IMG/VR virus record: IMGVR_UViG_3300023214_000337
Span: 1-49,453 of that record
DNA from: a virus
Lineage: Duplodnaviria; Caudoviricetes
DNA: 49,453 nucleotides
Reading direction: 5' to 3' (one strand)
The position numbers and the translations under genes were made by a program. The stretch's first letter is position 1; every line of letters begins with the position of its first letter. Positions 9,352 through 18,675 of the stretch are shown in pieces. The notes beneath the pieces are model-generated. The model was not told the origin of the DNA and did no database searches. It was given only the letters and a program-made list of their open reading frames with translations.

Positions 9352-9727
9352 GGCGCTCCATCAAATCAGCATTCACATCGATGATGTGCTCGCCTTGGTA
9401 TTTGATCGCAACCAGCATCTCGGGGAGCGTGAAGACCTCGGCTTCGGTCTTGCCTTGAGGGTTCTCAACGTTATCGACCCGCATTGGAACGGTATAGAGA
9501 TACCGCAAGACCGCGGAAGTGGTTTGTTTGGCCACGATCGCCGAGATTTGATTGACCCCCTCCTTAAGAAGGGCCACCGTCCTCGGCGAGGTGCCTATCT
9601 TTTCGGCCAGTCGCTCCACGAAGTCGTCAATCTCTTTGTCGCGACTCTTTCCTCCGGAGTTTCCGCTCGTCTCAACGTCAACAAACTCGACGTCTTCAAA
9701 ATCCTTCCGCTTCTTCTTATCAGCCAT
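9299..9727 (-). CDS. Hypothetical acidic protein
   Basis: Start at MADKKKRK overlapping the upstream stop; acidic tail. Confidence 0.6.
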   Translation of the reverse strand: MADKKKRKDFEDVEFVDVETSGNSGGKSRDKEIDDFVERLAEKIGTSPRTVALLKEGVNQISAIVAKQTTSAVLRYLYTVPMRVDNVENPQGKTEAEVFTLPEMLVAIKYQGEHIIDVNADLMERLDDFMDDIEETDDDDED

Positions 9728-11594
9728 TGGTGCGATCCCTGTGCATGTCGATTGCCACATCCCAAGCGTTCATGAACGGCACATATGCAGTCTTCGCGTT
9801 CTCCGGATTACGCAGAATGTCAACGAGACTACTCATGACGTCCTGCCGACAGTAATGATTGACCAACTGGAGCCTCTTGTAGTGACTGTCGGTACCCTTT
9901 CCGAGCGCCTGCATCGCGTCCATGAACTTATTGTTCAGCTCGCCGGCCGCGATACCGGTCCACCGCGGATTAACCAAACCATCCTTGGCGTCCTGGACCG
10001 CCATCTCCATCAACTCCGTGAGCGACGCCCTTAAGCGTTGTTCGGAGTCCGGGGCCAGCTGCGGCAGGTTGATCTGATTGCTCTGCTGCGGCGCCTGCTG
10101 TTGGCTCTGAGCGGATTGGGCTTGTGGCTGCGCATTTGGCTGCGGCGCTTGCGGATTCTGCTGCGGTGCTTGCGGCGGCGCTGGTTGGCCAGGGATAGAT
10201 ACATCCAAGGAAGGCACCTGCTGAGGCGGTGGCAATTGCTGCGGTGGTGCTTGTTGCTGCGGATTGCCAAGGGCTGGCAGTTGCTGGGTAGGAGGATTGA
10301 GCAGGCGCCCGGCTAGTCCTTGCGCGAGCGACTGACCCAGCGTCGTCCACATGCTGCTGCCTCCGCCGCCTTCTTCGTCGCCGCCGGTACCGCGCACGGT
10401 ATCCACGAACTGCTGGAACTTCATGAAGTCTTCCATGGGATCGCCGAAGCGCTTGTCCATCATCTTGGTGAAGAATTCATTCATCAGTCGATCCGAGTTC
10501 TTCTCGCCGGCTTGGACCATCTTCAGGAACATCTCATTGGTTTGCTTGCGCTCGGCTTCGCGCTCTCGGTCTGCCTCTGCCTTCGCCGAGGAAATCTTGG
10601 CATCGGCATCCGCCTTAATCTTCGCCTCCTGGAGGCGGACTTCGGCGTTTTTGTCGGCCTCGTACTTTCGGGCTTCCGCTTCGGCTTTGGCTTTTTCCGC
10701 AGCCGCCTTCGCTGACTCTTCGGCGGAATCCTGCTCCTTCTTGAGGAGGGTGAGCAAAATTTCCTTCGTACCGTCCTCTTTGGGTTGGTTATTCGCCATC
10801 GCCTGCATCGTATCTTTCATCATCGATGCGAAGGAATTCATCATGTCCTTCATCTCGTATCGAAGCTGCTCGATGGGCTGCATGCTAGAACGCTCCCTTT
10901 CCTTGCGTTCGCGCTCCTCGGCCTCTTTACGTTCCTTCTCTCGGCGCCGCTTCTCCTCCTCTCGACGTTGCTGAGCATCTTCGAACTTAGCCTCCTCTTC
11001 GTCGATCTCCCGTTGATGCTTGAGCTTCTCTTTCTTCTCTCGCAGTTCCAGGAGCTCCCTCGATCCACCGGGGAAGGGAAGCGCTGCTGCCGAGCCATAT
11101 CTGCCGTTGCTGGGCGCATCCTCGTCATCCACGATGATGTTTTTTTTGTGTTTAATATTGGGCGGCACGTCTTCGGTGTCGATCGAAAGATCGATCGAGC
11201 TCTCTTCGGCGCCTTGACTGCTGAAAACGATGATGCGGTATGATCCGCCGCCAAGCTTATCTTCGATTTCTTCATATACCTCTCGGTAGGAGCATAGGCT
11301 ATTGATCTTGATCAGATCGCTGCGCGTGTTTAGGACTTTGTTCTTCCACATCGTCGGCAACTTGCGCCGAACAGTCAGGTACCAGTTACTCTTGTCGACG
11401 TCGTTGCAGTGTCCATTCAGCCATGCGATGCGCTCCACGTTGTTTTTTGTCGCGCCCGGCTCTTTCTTCGCGTCGCCCGGTGTAACCGGCCGCTTGTAAG
11501 TGACCTCTCGTGTCTCTTTGACCTGAGCGGAGTCGTCGGGCGTTTTCGGCTGCGGGAGCGAGATGGTTTTGGCTTCGGCCATTGTTGTCGTCAT
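9720..11594 (-). CDS. Large coiled-coil protein with Gln/Pro-rich linker
   Basis: 624-aa ORF; E/K/R-rich heptads; QQAPPQQ region. Confidence 0.75.
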   Translation of the reverse strand: MTTTMAEAKTISLPQPKTPDDSAQVKETREVTYKRPVTPGDAKKEPGATKNNVERIAWLNGHCNDVDKSNWYLTVRRKLPTMWKNKVLNTRSDLIKINSLCSYREVYEEIEDKLGGGSYRIIVFSSQGAEESSIDLSIDTEDVPPNIKHKKNIIVDDEDAPSNGRYGSAAALPFPGGSRELLELREKKEKLKHQREIDEEEAKFEDAQQRREEEKRRREKERKEAEERERKERERSSMQPIEQLRYEMKDMMNSFASMMKDTMQAMANNQPKEDGTKEILLTLLKKEQDSAEESAKAAAEKAKAEAEARKYEADKNAEVRLQEAKIKADADAKISSAKAEADREREAERKQTNEMFLKMVQAGEKNSDRLMNEFFTKMMDKRFGDPMEDFMKFQQFVDTVRGTGGDEEGGGGSSMWTTLGQSLAQGLAGRLLNPPTQQLPALGNPQQQAPPQQLPPPQQVPSLDVSIPGQPAPPQAPQQNPQAPQPNAQPQAQSAQSQQQAPQQSNQINLPQLAPDSEQRLRASLTELMEMAVQDAKDGLVNPRWTGIAAGELNNKFMDAMQALGKGTDSHYKRLQLVNHYCRQDVMSSLVDILRNPENAKTAYVPFMNAWDVAIDMHRDRTNG

Positions 11595-11869
11595 CCTTCC
11601 ACGATGGGCTTAAGGTGCCTGTACTTGCGTCCCGCCTGACGGACATCGTAGGCGAGTTGCTTAAGCGCCCAATTGTCGGGCGCCTGGTTAAGGGACTTGC
11701 CAATCTTCACGCCCAGGTTGACCGTGATGCGGCGCCTCCCCTTGCAGATGTCGGTGAGGGTACTTTGGCTGATCTTGCAGTTTGTCGCCAATGCGCACTG
11801 GCTGATCTCGAGTGCCTTCAATTGGGCGCAGAGTTCCAGTCCTGGATGTGATCTTTTTGATGTCGGCAT
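11591..11869 (-). CDS. HigA-like/XRE helix-turn-helix protein
   Basis: HPG...ISQCALA...ISQSTLTDICKGRRRIT...W..Q..YD pattern typical of the HigA family; no HigB toxin adjacent. Confidence 0.75.
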   Translation of the reverse strand: MPTSKRSHPGLELCAQLKALEISQCALATNCKISQSTLTDICKGRRRITVNLGVKIGKSLNQAPDNWALKQLAYDVRQAGRKYRHLKPIVEG

Positions 11870-11979
11870 ATATTGACTATTTCGCGAAAAGGTCTAAGCT
11901 ACAGCCTGCGATGTTTTACTGCACGACCGGATGTCTGTCTAGAAAGAAAAACTGGAGAAGCTTCGGATTGTCTGAATGA

Positions 11980-12768
11980 ATGAAGAATGACCTGCATCAC
12001 GTTCCACCGGTAGGGCATCTACCGTTGCCCTACGGCAAACGCGTCCTTAAACACTTCGCCGCTAAGGGCATCGATGGTATGTCAGTCAAAGAACTAATTG
12101 AAGCTGGAAAAGCCATAAATATATGGGAGCCAAATAAAGAAGACCTTGATCGAGCCTTCATCTTTCACATGTGTGAGGCCGGGTACTCGATCGAGGCGGT
12201 GCTTAAGCTTTACAAGCGTCGTGATAACGCACTGAGCGGTGCGCGCAAGTACATCGTTGACTTGTACAACGATGCCTATCAGGCACTAGAGGACGCCGAG
12301 GTCTCAATCAAGCGACGCAGGAAGACGCCCGAGCGCCGCGACACCTATGACGATGTGCCGGCTGTCTTGGCGTTGCTACACTTCGTGCGTATTTTGATTG
12401 AAACAGAAGACCCGTTGATCGTCGACGGCCTCAAACAAGGCAAGTTTTATTACCAACTTAGCATGTGGAATCCCGACATATTGAAAATCAATACGATGAA
12501 CTGTTGCGATATCGTATCGGCATATGGCTCTCGGGAGAATGTATTGTGGCCTGACCTACTGACGGTGAGGCGGTCTGTCCGGAAGGCAAGGCGAGATCAG
12601 GAGCCGTGGTACTTGGGGAAAGACCACCGATTCACGTATATACACTATGGCATACGGAGAAACTACAGTGCCGAGCTCTTCAACCGCCGGCTGCTCATCC
12701 ATATGGGCTACTGGACCGACAAGGACTCGTTGGTCCGCGATATACTCTTCGCAAAAAAAGAAGATTAG
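11980..12768 (+). CDS. Hypothetical protein (possible regulator)
   Basis: 262-aa ORF divergent from the structural operon. Confidence 0.6.
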   Translation: MKNDLHHVPPVGHLPLPYGKRVLKHFAAKGIDGMSVKELIEAGKAINIWEPNKEDLDRAFIFHMCEAGYSIEAVLKLYKRRDNALSGARKYIVDLYNDAYQALEDAEVSIKRRRKTPERRDTYDDVPAVLALLHFVRILIETEDPLIVDGLKQGKFYYQLSMWNPDILKINTMNCCDIVSAYGSRENVLWPDLLTVRRSVRKARRDQEPWYLGKDHRFTYIHYGIRRNYSAELFNRRLLIHMGYWTDKDSLVRDILFAKKED

Positions 12769-12813
12769 GCTTGCATAAGTGTGAAAGCTAGGTAAATTCC
12801 TGATTTGAACGCT

Positions 12814-12891
12814 CGCGGGGTGGCGCAATATGGCAGCGCGCTGGGCTGCTAAACCCAGAGGTTGCAGATTCGAATCCTGTTCCCGCTACCA
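12814..12891 (+). tRNA. tRNA with initiator (fMet)-like body and 8-nt anticodon loop (CUGCUAAA); possibly atypical or pseudo
   Basis: Cloverleaf: acceptor cgcgggg/tcccgct-A-CCA, D stem gcgc/gcgc, anticodon stem ctggg/cccag, TTCGAAT loop. Confidence 0.8.
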
Positions 12892-13030
12892 ACAGTAGGC
12901 TGTACGAAGATCGGCAATCTTCAGATTTACACAATTGAATATGCAACCGGGGCGTCGCTGTTCCTCCTCTTCAGCGCGGGTTTCCTGCCGACACCTGTAC
13001 AGCGCCCCGGTTGCTTACCTTGGAGGTGTC

Positions 13031-14605
13031 ATGCCCACTCTCTTCGAAAGCGAAGACAGGGCGCCCGAAGATAACTTTACCCTTCGGCCCTATCAAGAGT
13101 CCTCGGTCTCTGGTGCTATTGAAACCTTCAGGGAATTCAGCCGTGCGCTCGGAATCTTGCCTGCGGGTTCTGGTAAAACGGTCGTGGGTGCCTACATCAT
13201 CAAGCACTTTCTAGAACAGGGCGATTCAGTACTGTTTCTGGCACATACCAACGAGCTTTGCCAGCAGGCTGCCGACAAGCTTTACGCCGCCATCGGCATC
13301 ACCGCACAATTCGAGAAGGCCGAACAACACGCCGATCTTGATGCCCGCGTCGTGGTCTCTAGCATGCAATCCATGCGCGAGCGCTGCGGAAAGTTTGCCC
13401 CCGACCACTTCGGCCTTGTCATCGTCGATGAAGCGCATCGTACGTTGGGCGCCTCTTACCAGCACATCCTTAAACACTTCCATAACGCCAAAGTACTCGG
13501 CCTGACCGCGACGCCGCACCGTGGTGATAAGAAGAATCTTGGCCGATACTATGAGACAACGGCATTTGAAGAGACGATGCCGAAGCTTATTCGGCAGGGA
13601 TATCTATCGCCGATCAATATAAAAAGCATTCCTTTGGATATCGATCTGTCTACGTTCTCAAATAAAGACTCTGATGGAGAACTTGACGAGAAATTCCACG
13701 ACGAACTCACCCCACATTTGGATGCGGCCGCCAAGGCGCTTGCCGAAGAAGCACCGGGTCGCAAGACCATTGCCTTCTTGCCACTGGTCGAGACGGCCGA
13801 GAAGTTCGCGAAGGCTTGTCGGCGTCAAGGGTTAATAGCCAAGTGCGTTCATGGGCTGCATCCTGACCGGGAAGGAATACTAGATAAGTTTCAGAAGGGA
13901 TTCTATCAAGTCCTGTGCAACTCGATGTTGCTAACCGAGGGATGGGATTGCCCATCGGTCGATTGCGTATTCATTTTGCGCCTAGTCCGATCCTACACGC
14001 TTTACGCGCAAATGGTGGGGCGCGGCAATCGTATCTGTACGGGTAAGCAGGACTGCCTTCTGCTCGACCCGCTATATCTGCATGAAGACTTGGACTTGAT
14101 TCGTCCTGCGCATTTGGTCTCCGACAACGAAGAGGAGGTTAAGCGCATTACCGAAGTTCTTAAAAAACAGCCACGAGGCGGAAGGAAGGGCACTGTCGAT
14201 TTGATTGAAGCGCAATCTCAAGCGGCTACCGAACGCGAGCGAAAATTGCGCGAGCAGATCCTTGCCAACAAGAACCGCAAGCGAAAATCCATCGATGCAA
14301 TGGAGTACCTTCTGTCCATCGGTGGTCCCTCCTTGGCTGAGTACGAGCCCGTCTTTAAATGGGAGCGGAAGGAGGCCACCGATGGTCAACTTAAGCTGCT
14401 CTCTAAATTCAAGATCGATACGGATACGATCAAGGGCCGTGGTCATGCCTCCAAAGTGATATCTAAATTGACCGCGAGGCAACGCGCAGGACTTGCCACG
14501 CCGGCACAGGTCCGATTTCTTTCGCGCCAAGGCCATGAGGACGCAAACGAGTTTACATTCGAGTACGCTAGTCAGTTGATTTCATCCACCATAAAAGGGA
14601 GATAG
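13031..14605 (+). CDS. Superfamily 2 DEAD/DEAH-box helicase
   Basis: LRPYQ, PAGSGKT, DEAH, TATP, LTEGWD and QMVGRG motifs; RBS GGAGG before 13031. Confidence 0.92.
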   Translation: MPTLFESEDRAPEDNFTLRPYQESSVSGAIETFREFSRALGILPAGSGKTVVGAYIIKHFLEQGDSVLFLAHTNELCQQAADKLYAAIGITAQFEKAEQHADLDARVVVSSMQSMRERCGKFAPDHFGLVIVDEAHRTLGASYQHILKHFHNAKVLGLTATPHRGDKKNLGRYYETTAFEETMPKLIRQGYLSPINIKSIPLDIDLSTFSNKDSDGELDEKFHDELTPHLDAAAKALAEEAPGRKTIAFLPLVETAEKFAKACRRQGLIAKCVHGLHPDREGILDKFQKGFYQVLCNSMLLTEGWDCPSVDCVFILRLVRSYTLYAQMVGRGNRICTGKQDCLLLDPLYLHEDLDLIRPAHLVSDNEEEVKRITEVLKKQPRGGRKGTVDLIEAQSQAATERERKLREQILANKNRKRKSIDAMEYLLSIGGPSLAEYEPVFKWERKEATDGQLKLLSKFKIDTDTIKGRGHASKVISKLTARQRAGLATPAQVRFLSRQGHEDANEFTFEYASQLISSTIKGR

Positions 14606-14643
14606 AGGAAGATGCTTTCATTGGGATTGAGATTGATTGGACG

Positions 14644-15693
14644 ATGAATCGAGAAGAGGCTGTACGCAATGAGAAGCTTTTTCTGGATACGTTGGGCATA
14701 GATAAGCACCCAACGGACCACGCCTATTGCCCGTTTCATGGTGAGGAGCGAGGGAGTAGCAACTCACCATCGCTTATGACCAGAGTACAGGACGACGGGA
14801 CACATTATTTCAAGTGTCACAGTTGCGGTGTCAAAGGGACGGTCATTGACGCAATTATGGAATTACGAAACACAGATTTTAAAGGCGCGGCACAGATACT
14901 CGGTATTGAGATGCAGGGCTACCGTCCTATGCCTCTTTCCGTAAACAATGCCGTAAACAATGGATCGCCACCGCGCAAACCCAAGACACCATCGGAACCT
15001 TTAATTCCCGTTCCTGACGGGGAGAAGATGGAGGCATACATATCGTCAAAGCGCGAAGACATGTATCGCGATCTAAACGGGCAAACCGCCATTGAATTCC
15101 TATATGAAAAGCGCAAAATCACGGACGAAGTGGCCACGGAGTATTCCATCGGCGTTGACCGCCTTTCGTTTGACGATAGCGGAAGGATTACGCGTTGCCA
15201 GTGGGTGCTGCCTATCACAAACGATGCTGGAGTATGTTACGGCGTCAAGACGCACTGGGAGGGCAACCGCCCCATCAATCCCAAGACAGGACGCAAGGTT
15301 CCTAAGTGCCTATGGAGGAAGTTTGGGACTATGCCCAAGGATAAGCCAATACATCGTTATATCACGGCATGGCCAGCGCCCGAGACGTTCAATGCTGAAC
15401 ATTGGCTATTTTTGCATGGGGGCGAACTCAAGGCGCTGTCTATGCTGAGTGCTGGCGCGAACGCATGCGCGATCACGGCCAGTGAGTCGTTCGAGTGGAC
15501 GCCTAAACTGCTCGGTCGATTTAAAGGGCGCAAGGTGTGCCTCATATATGACGATGATGAATTAAAGATAAATAAACGCACCGGCGCGCAATGGAAACCG
15601 GGGGAGAAATGGCGAGACCGAGGTCTCGAAGCGCTTCGGACTGTGGCGACCAATGTCGAAGCATTGACCTTTTGGGAGTGCCTAAGTGGCTGA
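14644..15693 (+). CDS. DNA primase-like protein (CHC2 zinc finger + TOPRIM-like)
   Basis: CPFHGE...SPS...FKCHSCG; GGELKALS and YDDD TOPRIM-like motifs. Confidence 0.8.
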   Translation: MNREEAVRNEKLFLDTLGIDKHPTDHAYCPFHGEERGSSNSPSLMTRVQDDGTHYFKCHSCGVKGTVIDAIMELRNTDFKGAAQILGIEMQGYRPMPLSVNNAVNNGSPPRKPKTPSEPLIPVPDGEKMEAYISSKREDMYRDLNGQTAIEFLYEKRKITDEVATEYSIGVDRLSFDDSGRITRCQWVLPITNDAGVCYGVKTHWEGNRPINPKTGRKVPKCLWRKFGTMPKDKPIHRYITAWPAPETFNAEHWLFLHGGELKALSMLSAGANACAITASESFEWTPKLLGRFKGRKVCLIYDDDELKINKRTGAQWKPGEKWRDRGLEALRTVATNVEALTFWECLSG

Positions 15694-16897
15694 GACAGAA
15701 ACACGCATCAAGGACTGGAATGATTTCGCCAATGCTTACGGCTTGGAGCAGGCATTGGCACGTGTCACCTCTGTTCTTGAATCAAAGCAGGAGCAACGTC
15801 GCCTTGATCGTTTCGCGAACTCCGGCCTACTTTCCGCTGGCACGCTGTTTACAGAATACCCCGAGCTTAAGCCTGCCGTAATCGAAGGCTGCCTGCGGCG
15901 CGGAGAGGTCATGACATTAGCCTCCGATCCGAAAAGCAAAAAGACCTGGCTTCGCGATCAACTCGCGCTGTCCATGCTTGCCGGTCTCACGTGGCTTGGC
16001 TTTCAGATGCCCTTGCAAGAGCCACGCATCATGATCATAGATAACGAACTTGATGCTACGCTCTTGAAATGGCGCATACAAACCGTATCCGAGGCTATGA
16101 GTATCGACCTAACCAAGCCGCGCTACGGAAACAGATTGCAATATAAGGCTTGTCGTGGACAACTCGAAGATATTAATCAAATCAACCAGTGGCTTCAAAG
16201 GAATTTTGAGCCTGGTGACTTCGATTTTATCGCGATCGATGCGCTATACCGCATGATTCCACAGGGCATGCGAGAAAACGAGAATACGGACATGGCCCAG
16301 ATATACAACGTCCTCGACCAAATCGCTATCAGCATGGATGCGGCGGTCATGGTCATTCATCACGCCAGCAAAGGATCTCAGTCGGGCAAGAATGTGACCG
16401 ATGTTGGCAGCGGTGCCGGAAGTATTACCCGGTCCACGGGCACGCATCTCATCATGCGGCGGCACGAAGACCCCCAAAAGACCATTTTGGAAGGCGTAGC
16501 GCGGTCCTTTCCCGATATCAGTCCGCGCGTATTGAGTTGGAGCGAGACCTACTGGCAGTGGATCTACGAGCCGGACGGCGTGATTGCCTACGCAAATGAG
16601 GACAGGGCGCAACCGACAAAGCCGCAGGCCGACTATGATGCAAAGCGTCCTGATTGGGTAAAGGATAATAGCACTATCGAAGAAAAGGCCAAGAAATTTG
16701 TAGAAACCTTCATCCCGATTGGAAAGGAGGTTCAATGGAGCGTTGTCATTGACCGAAGCAGGCCGCTTAAGATCCCGCAAAGAGATCTTAAGGCGTTTCG
16801 CGATGTGGCATTATCAGAAAAGTACTGCTACGTTCGTCATGCACCGCGGCAAGGCGGCCAGCATCTTAGCCGTGAGCCTTACGGAGCCAGCGAGTAA
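15686..16897 (+). CDS. RepA-like AAA (RecA-fold) replicative helicase
   Basis: Variant Walker A SDPKSKKT, IIDNE, Walker B FIAID, VIHHASKG, GSGAGS. Confidence 0.8.
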   Translation: MAETETRIKDWNDFANAYGLEQALARVTSVLESKQEQRRLDRFANSGLLSAGTLFTEYPELKPAVIEGCLRRGEVMTLASDPKSKKTWLRDQLALSMLAGLTWLGFQMPLQEPRIMIIDNELDATLLKWRIQTVSEAMSIDLTKPRYGNRLQYKACRGQLEDINQINQWLQRNFEPGDFDFIAIDALYRMIPQGMRENENTDMAQIYNVLDQIAISMDAAVMVIHHASKGSQSGKNVTDVGSGAGSITRSTGTHLIMRRHEDPQKTILEGVARSFPDISPRVLSWSETYWQWIYEPDGVIAYANEDRAQPTKPQADYDAKRPDWVKDNSTIEEKAKKFVETFIPIGKEVQWSVVIDRSRPLKIPQRDLKAFRDVALSEKYCYVRHAPRQGGQHLSREPYGASE

Positions 16898-17096
16898 TCG
16901 GCGAACGCGGCCCGCACGCGGGGGTTCCCGTGAAACCTCTGTGCCAGAGCTATTTGTTGGACAATAGCGGAACGAAAGGCACGAATAACGTTCCGCCAAA
17001 AGGGGAGTACAGGGAGATCGTTGACCATGAATTGCGTTGAGGACATGTAAGATGAAGCACGACGATGTGAGCCTAACCCATACGAGGACATGCAAG

Positions 17097-17327
17097 ATGA
17101 ATAACCCTATCAACCACATAAAGGCAGCGCGCAAGAATTACACATGCAATTGGTGCGCTGAAAGAATTGAAAGAGGCAGGGCATACGTAAAGTGGTTTAC
17201 TTATGGCGAAAACGTTACCACCAGGATGCATTCGGAATGTTTTGCCGCAATGCAAAACGCTAACCTTCTAGACAATGAGTTGCCTCCTGCTGGTACGTAT
17301 AGGCGGGGGGAATCGGAGGAAAGATGA
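17097..17327 (+). CDS. Small Cys/His phage protein
   Basis: KAARKxYxCxWC...HxEC; start after GAGGA. Confidence 0.55.
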   Translation: MNNPINHIKAARKNYTCNWCAERIERGRAYVKWFTYGENVTTRMHSECFAAMQNANLLDNELPPAGTYRRGESEER

Positions 17328-17572
17328 CATACTACATCGAAGACCACGGAGAAACCATCGCTGACGCAGTAGACATTGGCGATGGAAACGGCATGCACGG
17401 CCACGACAGCTTTACTGCGGAAGAAGCGGCAGAGTACGAACACAACAGCCGTGACGGATGGGAGGCAGGTTGGCCGATGACCATTACCTTGGTCGATGAT
17501 CGTGGCATTGAGTCACGATGGGAAGTGGACCGTGAATCAGTGCCGAGCTTCAACGCAACGCCGGCCAGCTAA
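17324..17572 (+). CDS. Hypothetical acidic phage protein
   Basis: GGAGG RBS; ATGA overlap. Confidence 0.6.
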   Translation: MTYYIEDHGETIADAVDIGDGNGMHGHDSFTAEEAAEYEHNSRDGWEAGWPMTITLVDDRGIESRWEVDRESVPSFNATPAS

Positions 17573-17690
17573 CGCTAACTGGCCGGCGTCGCCTGATACG
17601 ACCCCCCATGTCCCGAAAGGAGAAAAAAGGCGCGGTGAATCGGAGGAAAGATGACATACGTAGTTGGCTCTTTTCGCGGGCGCCAATCTA

Positions 17691-17876
17691 TCATTTCTTG
17701 TATTTCATTATCAGTAAAACAATTAGAAATAATGGTGCTAATAATGCTACCCAAAATGTTATAAATATGTGATATAGTGTATTGTCTGGATCTCCGGTTT
17801 CGTATTGTTTATCGACTAATATTTTGATGCAGCATATGATACAGATTAACCAGAAGATATACAGTGTTTCTATCAT
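17691..17876 (-). CDS. Small two-TM membrane protein (AT-rich)
   Basis: Two hydrophobic segments. Confidence 0.5.
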   Translation of the reverse strand: MIETLYIFWLICIICCIKILVDKQYETGDPDNTLYHIFITFWVALLAPLFLIVLLIMKYKK

Positions 17877-17878
17877 AT

Positions 17879-18013
17879 CTCAAGCGCCTTGTTTGAAAAT
17901 CAGCACACCCTCCGGCTTCAACACGCGGAAGCACTCCGCAAACCCGCCGCGTAACGCCAGTTTGCCAGCAGCCGCCCGTATACTGCCCTCTGAAACGGCT
18001 TAAGAGAGGCCAT
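17879..18013 (-). pseudogene. Frameshifted fragment of a SAM-dependent methyltransferase
   Basis: VYGRLLANWR in one frame, then LRGGFAECFRVLKPEGVLIFK in another. Confidence 0.5.
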
Positions 18014-18074
18014 TTTTGCAGGCGTCACCTCCTCAGCGATCGAGTCCAGCCTCCCAGCCAACTCCAAAACAGGC

Positions 18075-18503
18075 TTAGCTAGCACTCTTATTTCTCCTCT
18101 TCTCAGCCATCTCCCGGCTTTGCTTTTGTACCTTGATCAAATCCTCCTTATGATCAGCCAGCCCTTCGAAATCCTCAACTATCTGGTGCGTCAATTGTGG
18201 GTCTAATGATCCACAATATGCTGACATCTTCATGTTGGTGATTGGCTTAGCAATTTGCTCATGCAAATCGCTAAGCGCCCCATTGGACTGGACATCTTTC
18301 CATGAAAGACCGGCAGCCTCCTCGCAAGCGCCCTCAACATACCCGTTAAACACGCGTCTGCAGGTGGTTTGGCTGATCCGTAGCACCGCTACAAGCTTGC
18401 TTCTCTCCTCTTGTGAGGAGAAAGACGACCCCATCTGTATGCGAGCTAGCATATATGACGCCAATGTGGTAAGGTAGATATTACTGAATTTGTTATCTAG
18501 CAT
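18075..18503 (-). CDS. Hypothetical protein
   Basis: GAGGAG RBS; 142-aa ORF. Confidence 0.55.
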   Translation of the reverse strand: MLDNKFSNIYLTTLASYMLARIQMGSSFSSQEERSKLVAVLRISQTTCRRVFNGYVEGACEEAAGLSWKDVQSNGALSDLHEQIAKPITNMKMSAYCGSLDPQLTHQIVEDFEGLADHKEDLIKVQKQSREMAEKRRNKSAS

Positions 18504-18675
18504 CTCGCGAAACTCCTCCTCTCCGCCGAATGCAGCACATATGCTCCGGTATGCGTAAGCCCTCGGATTAATGGGGATATTTTTTTTCCAGAAATGATCA
18601 AATCTTCGTCTTTTTTAGGCATGGCGCCCTCAGAATCCCATGGGTGAATCAAGTCCTAAGTCTGGAGGAATATCG

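Noticed and set aside
11591-11869. HigBA toxin-antitoxin pair
   Set aside because: No adjacent RelE/HigB-like toxin ORF
12814-12891. tRNA as a prophage attachment site
   Set aside because: No integrase and no duplicated tRNA 3' end found in the window; virus-like genes lie on both sides
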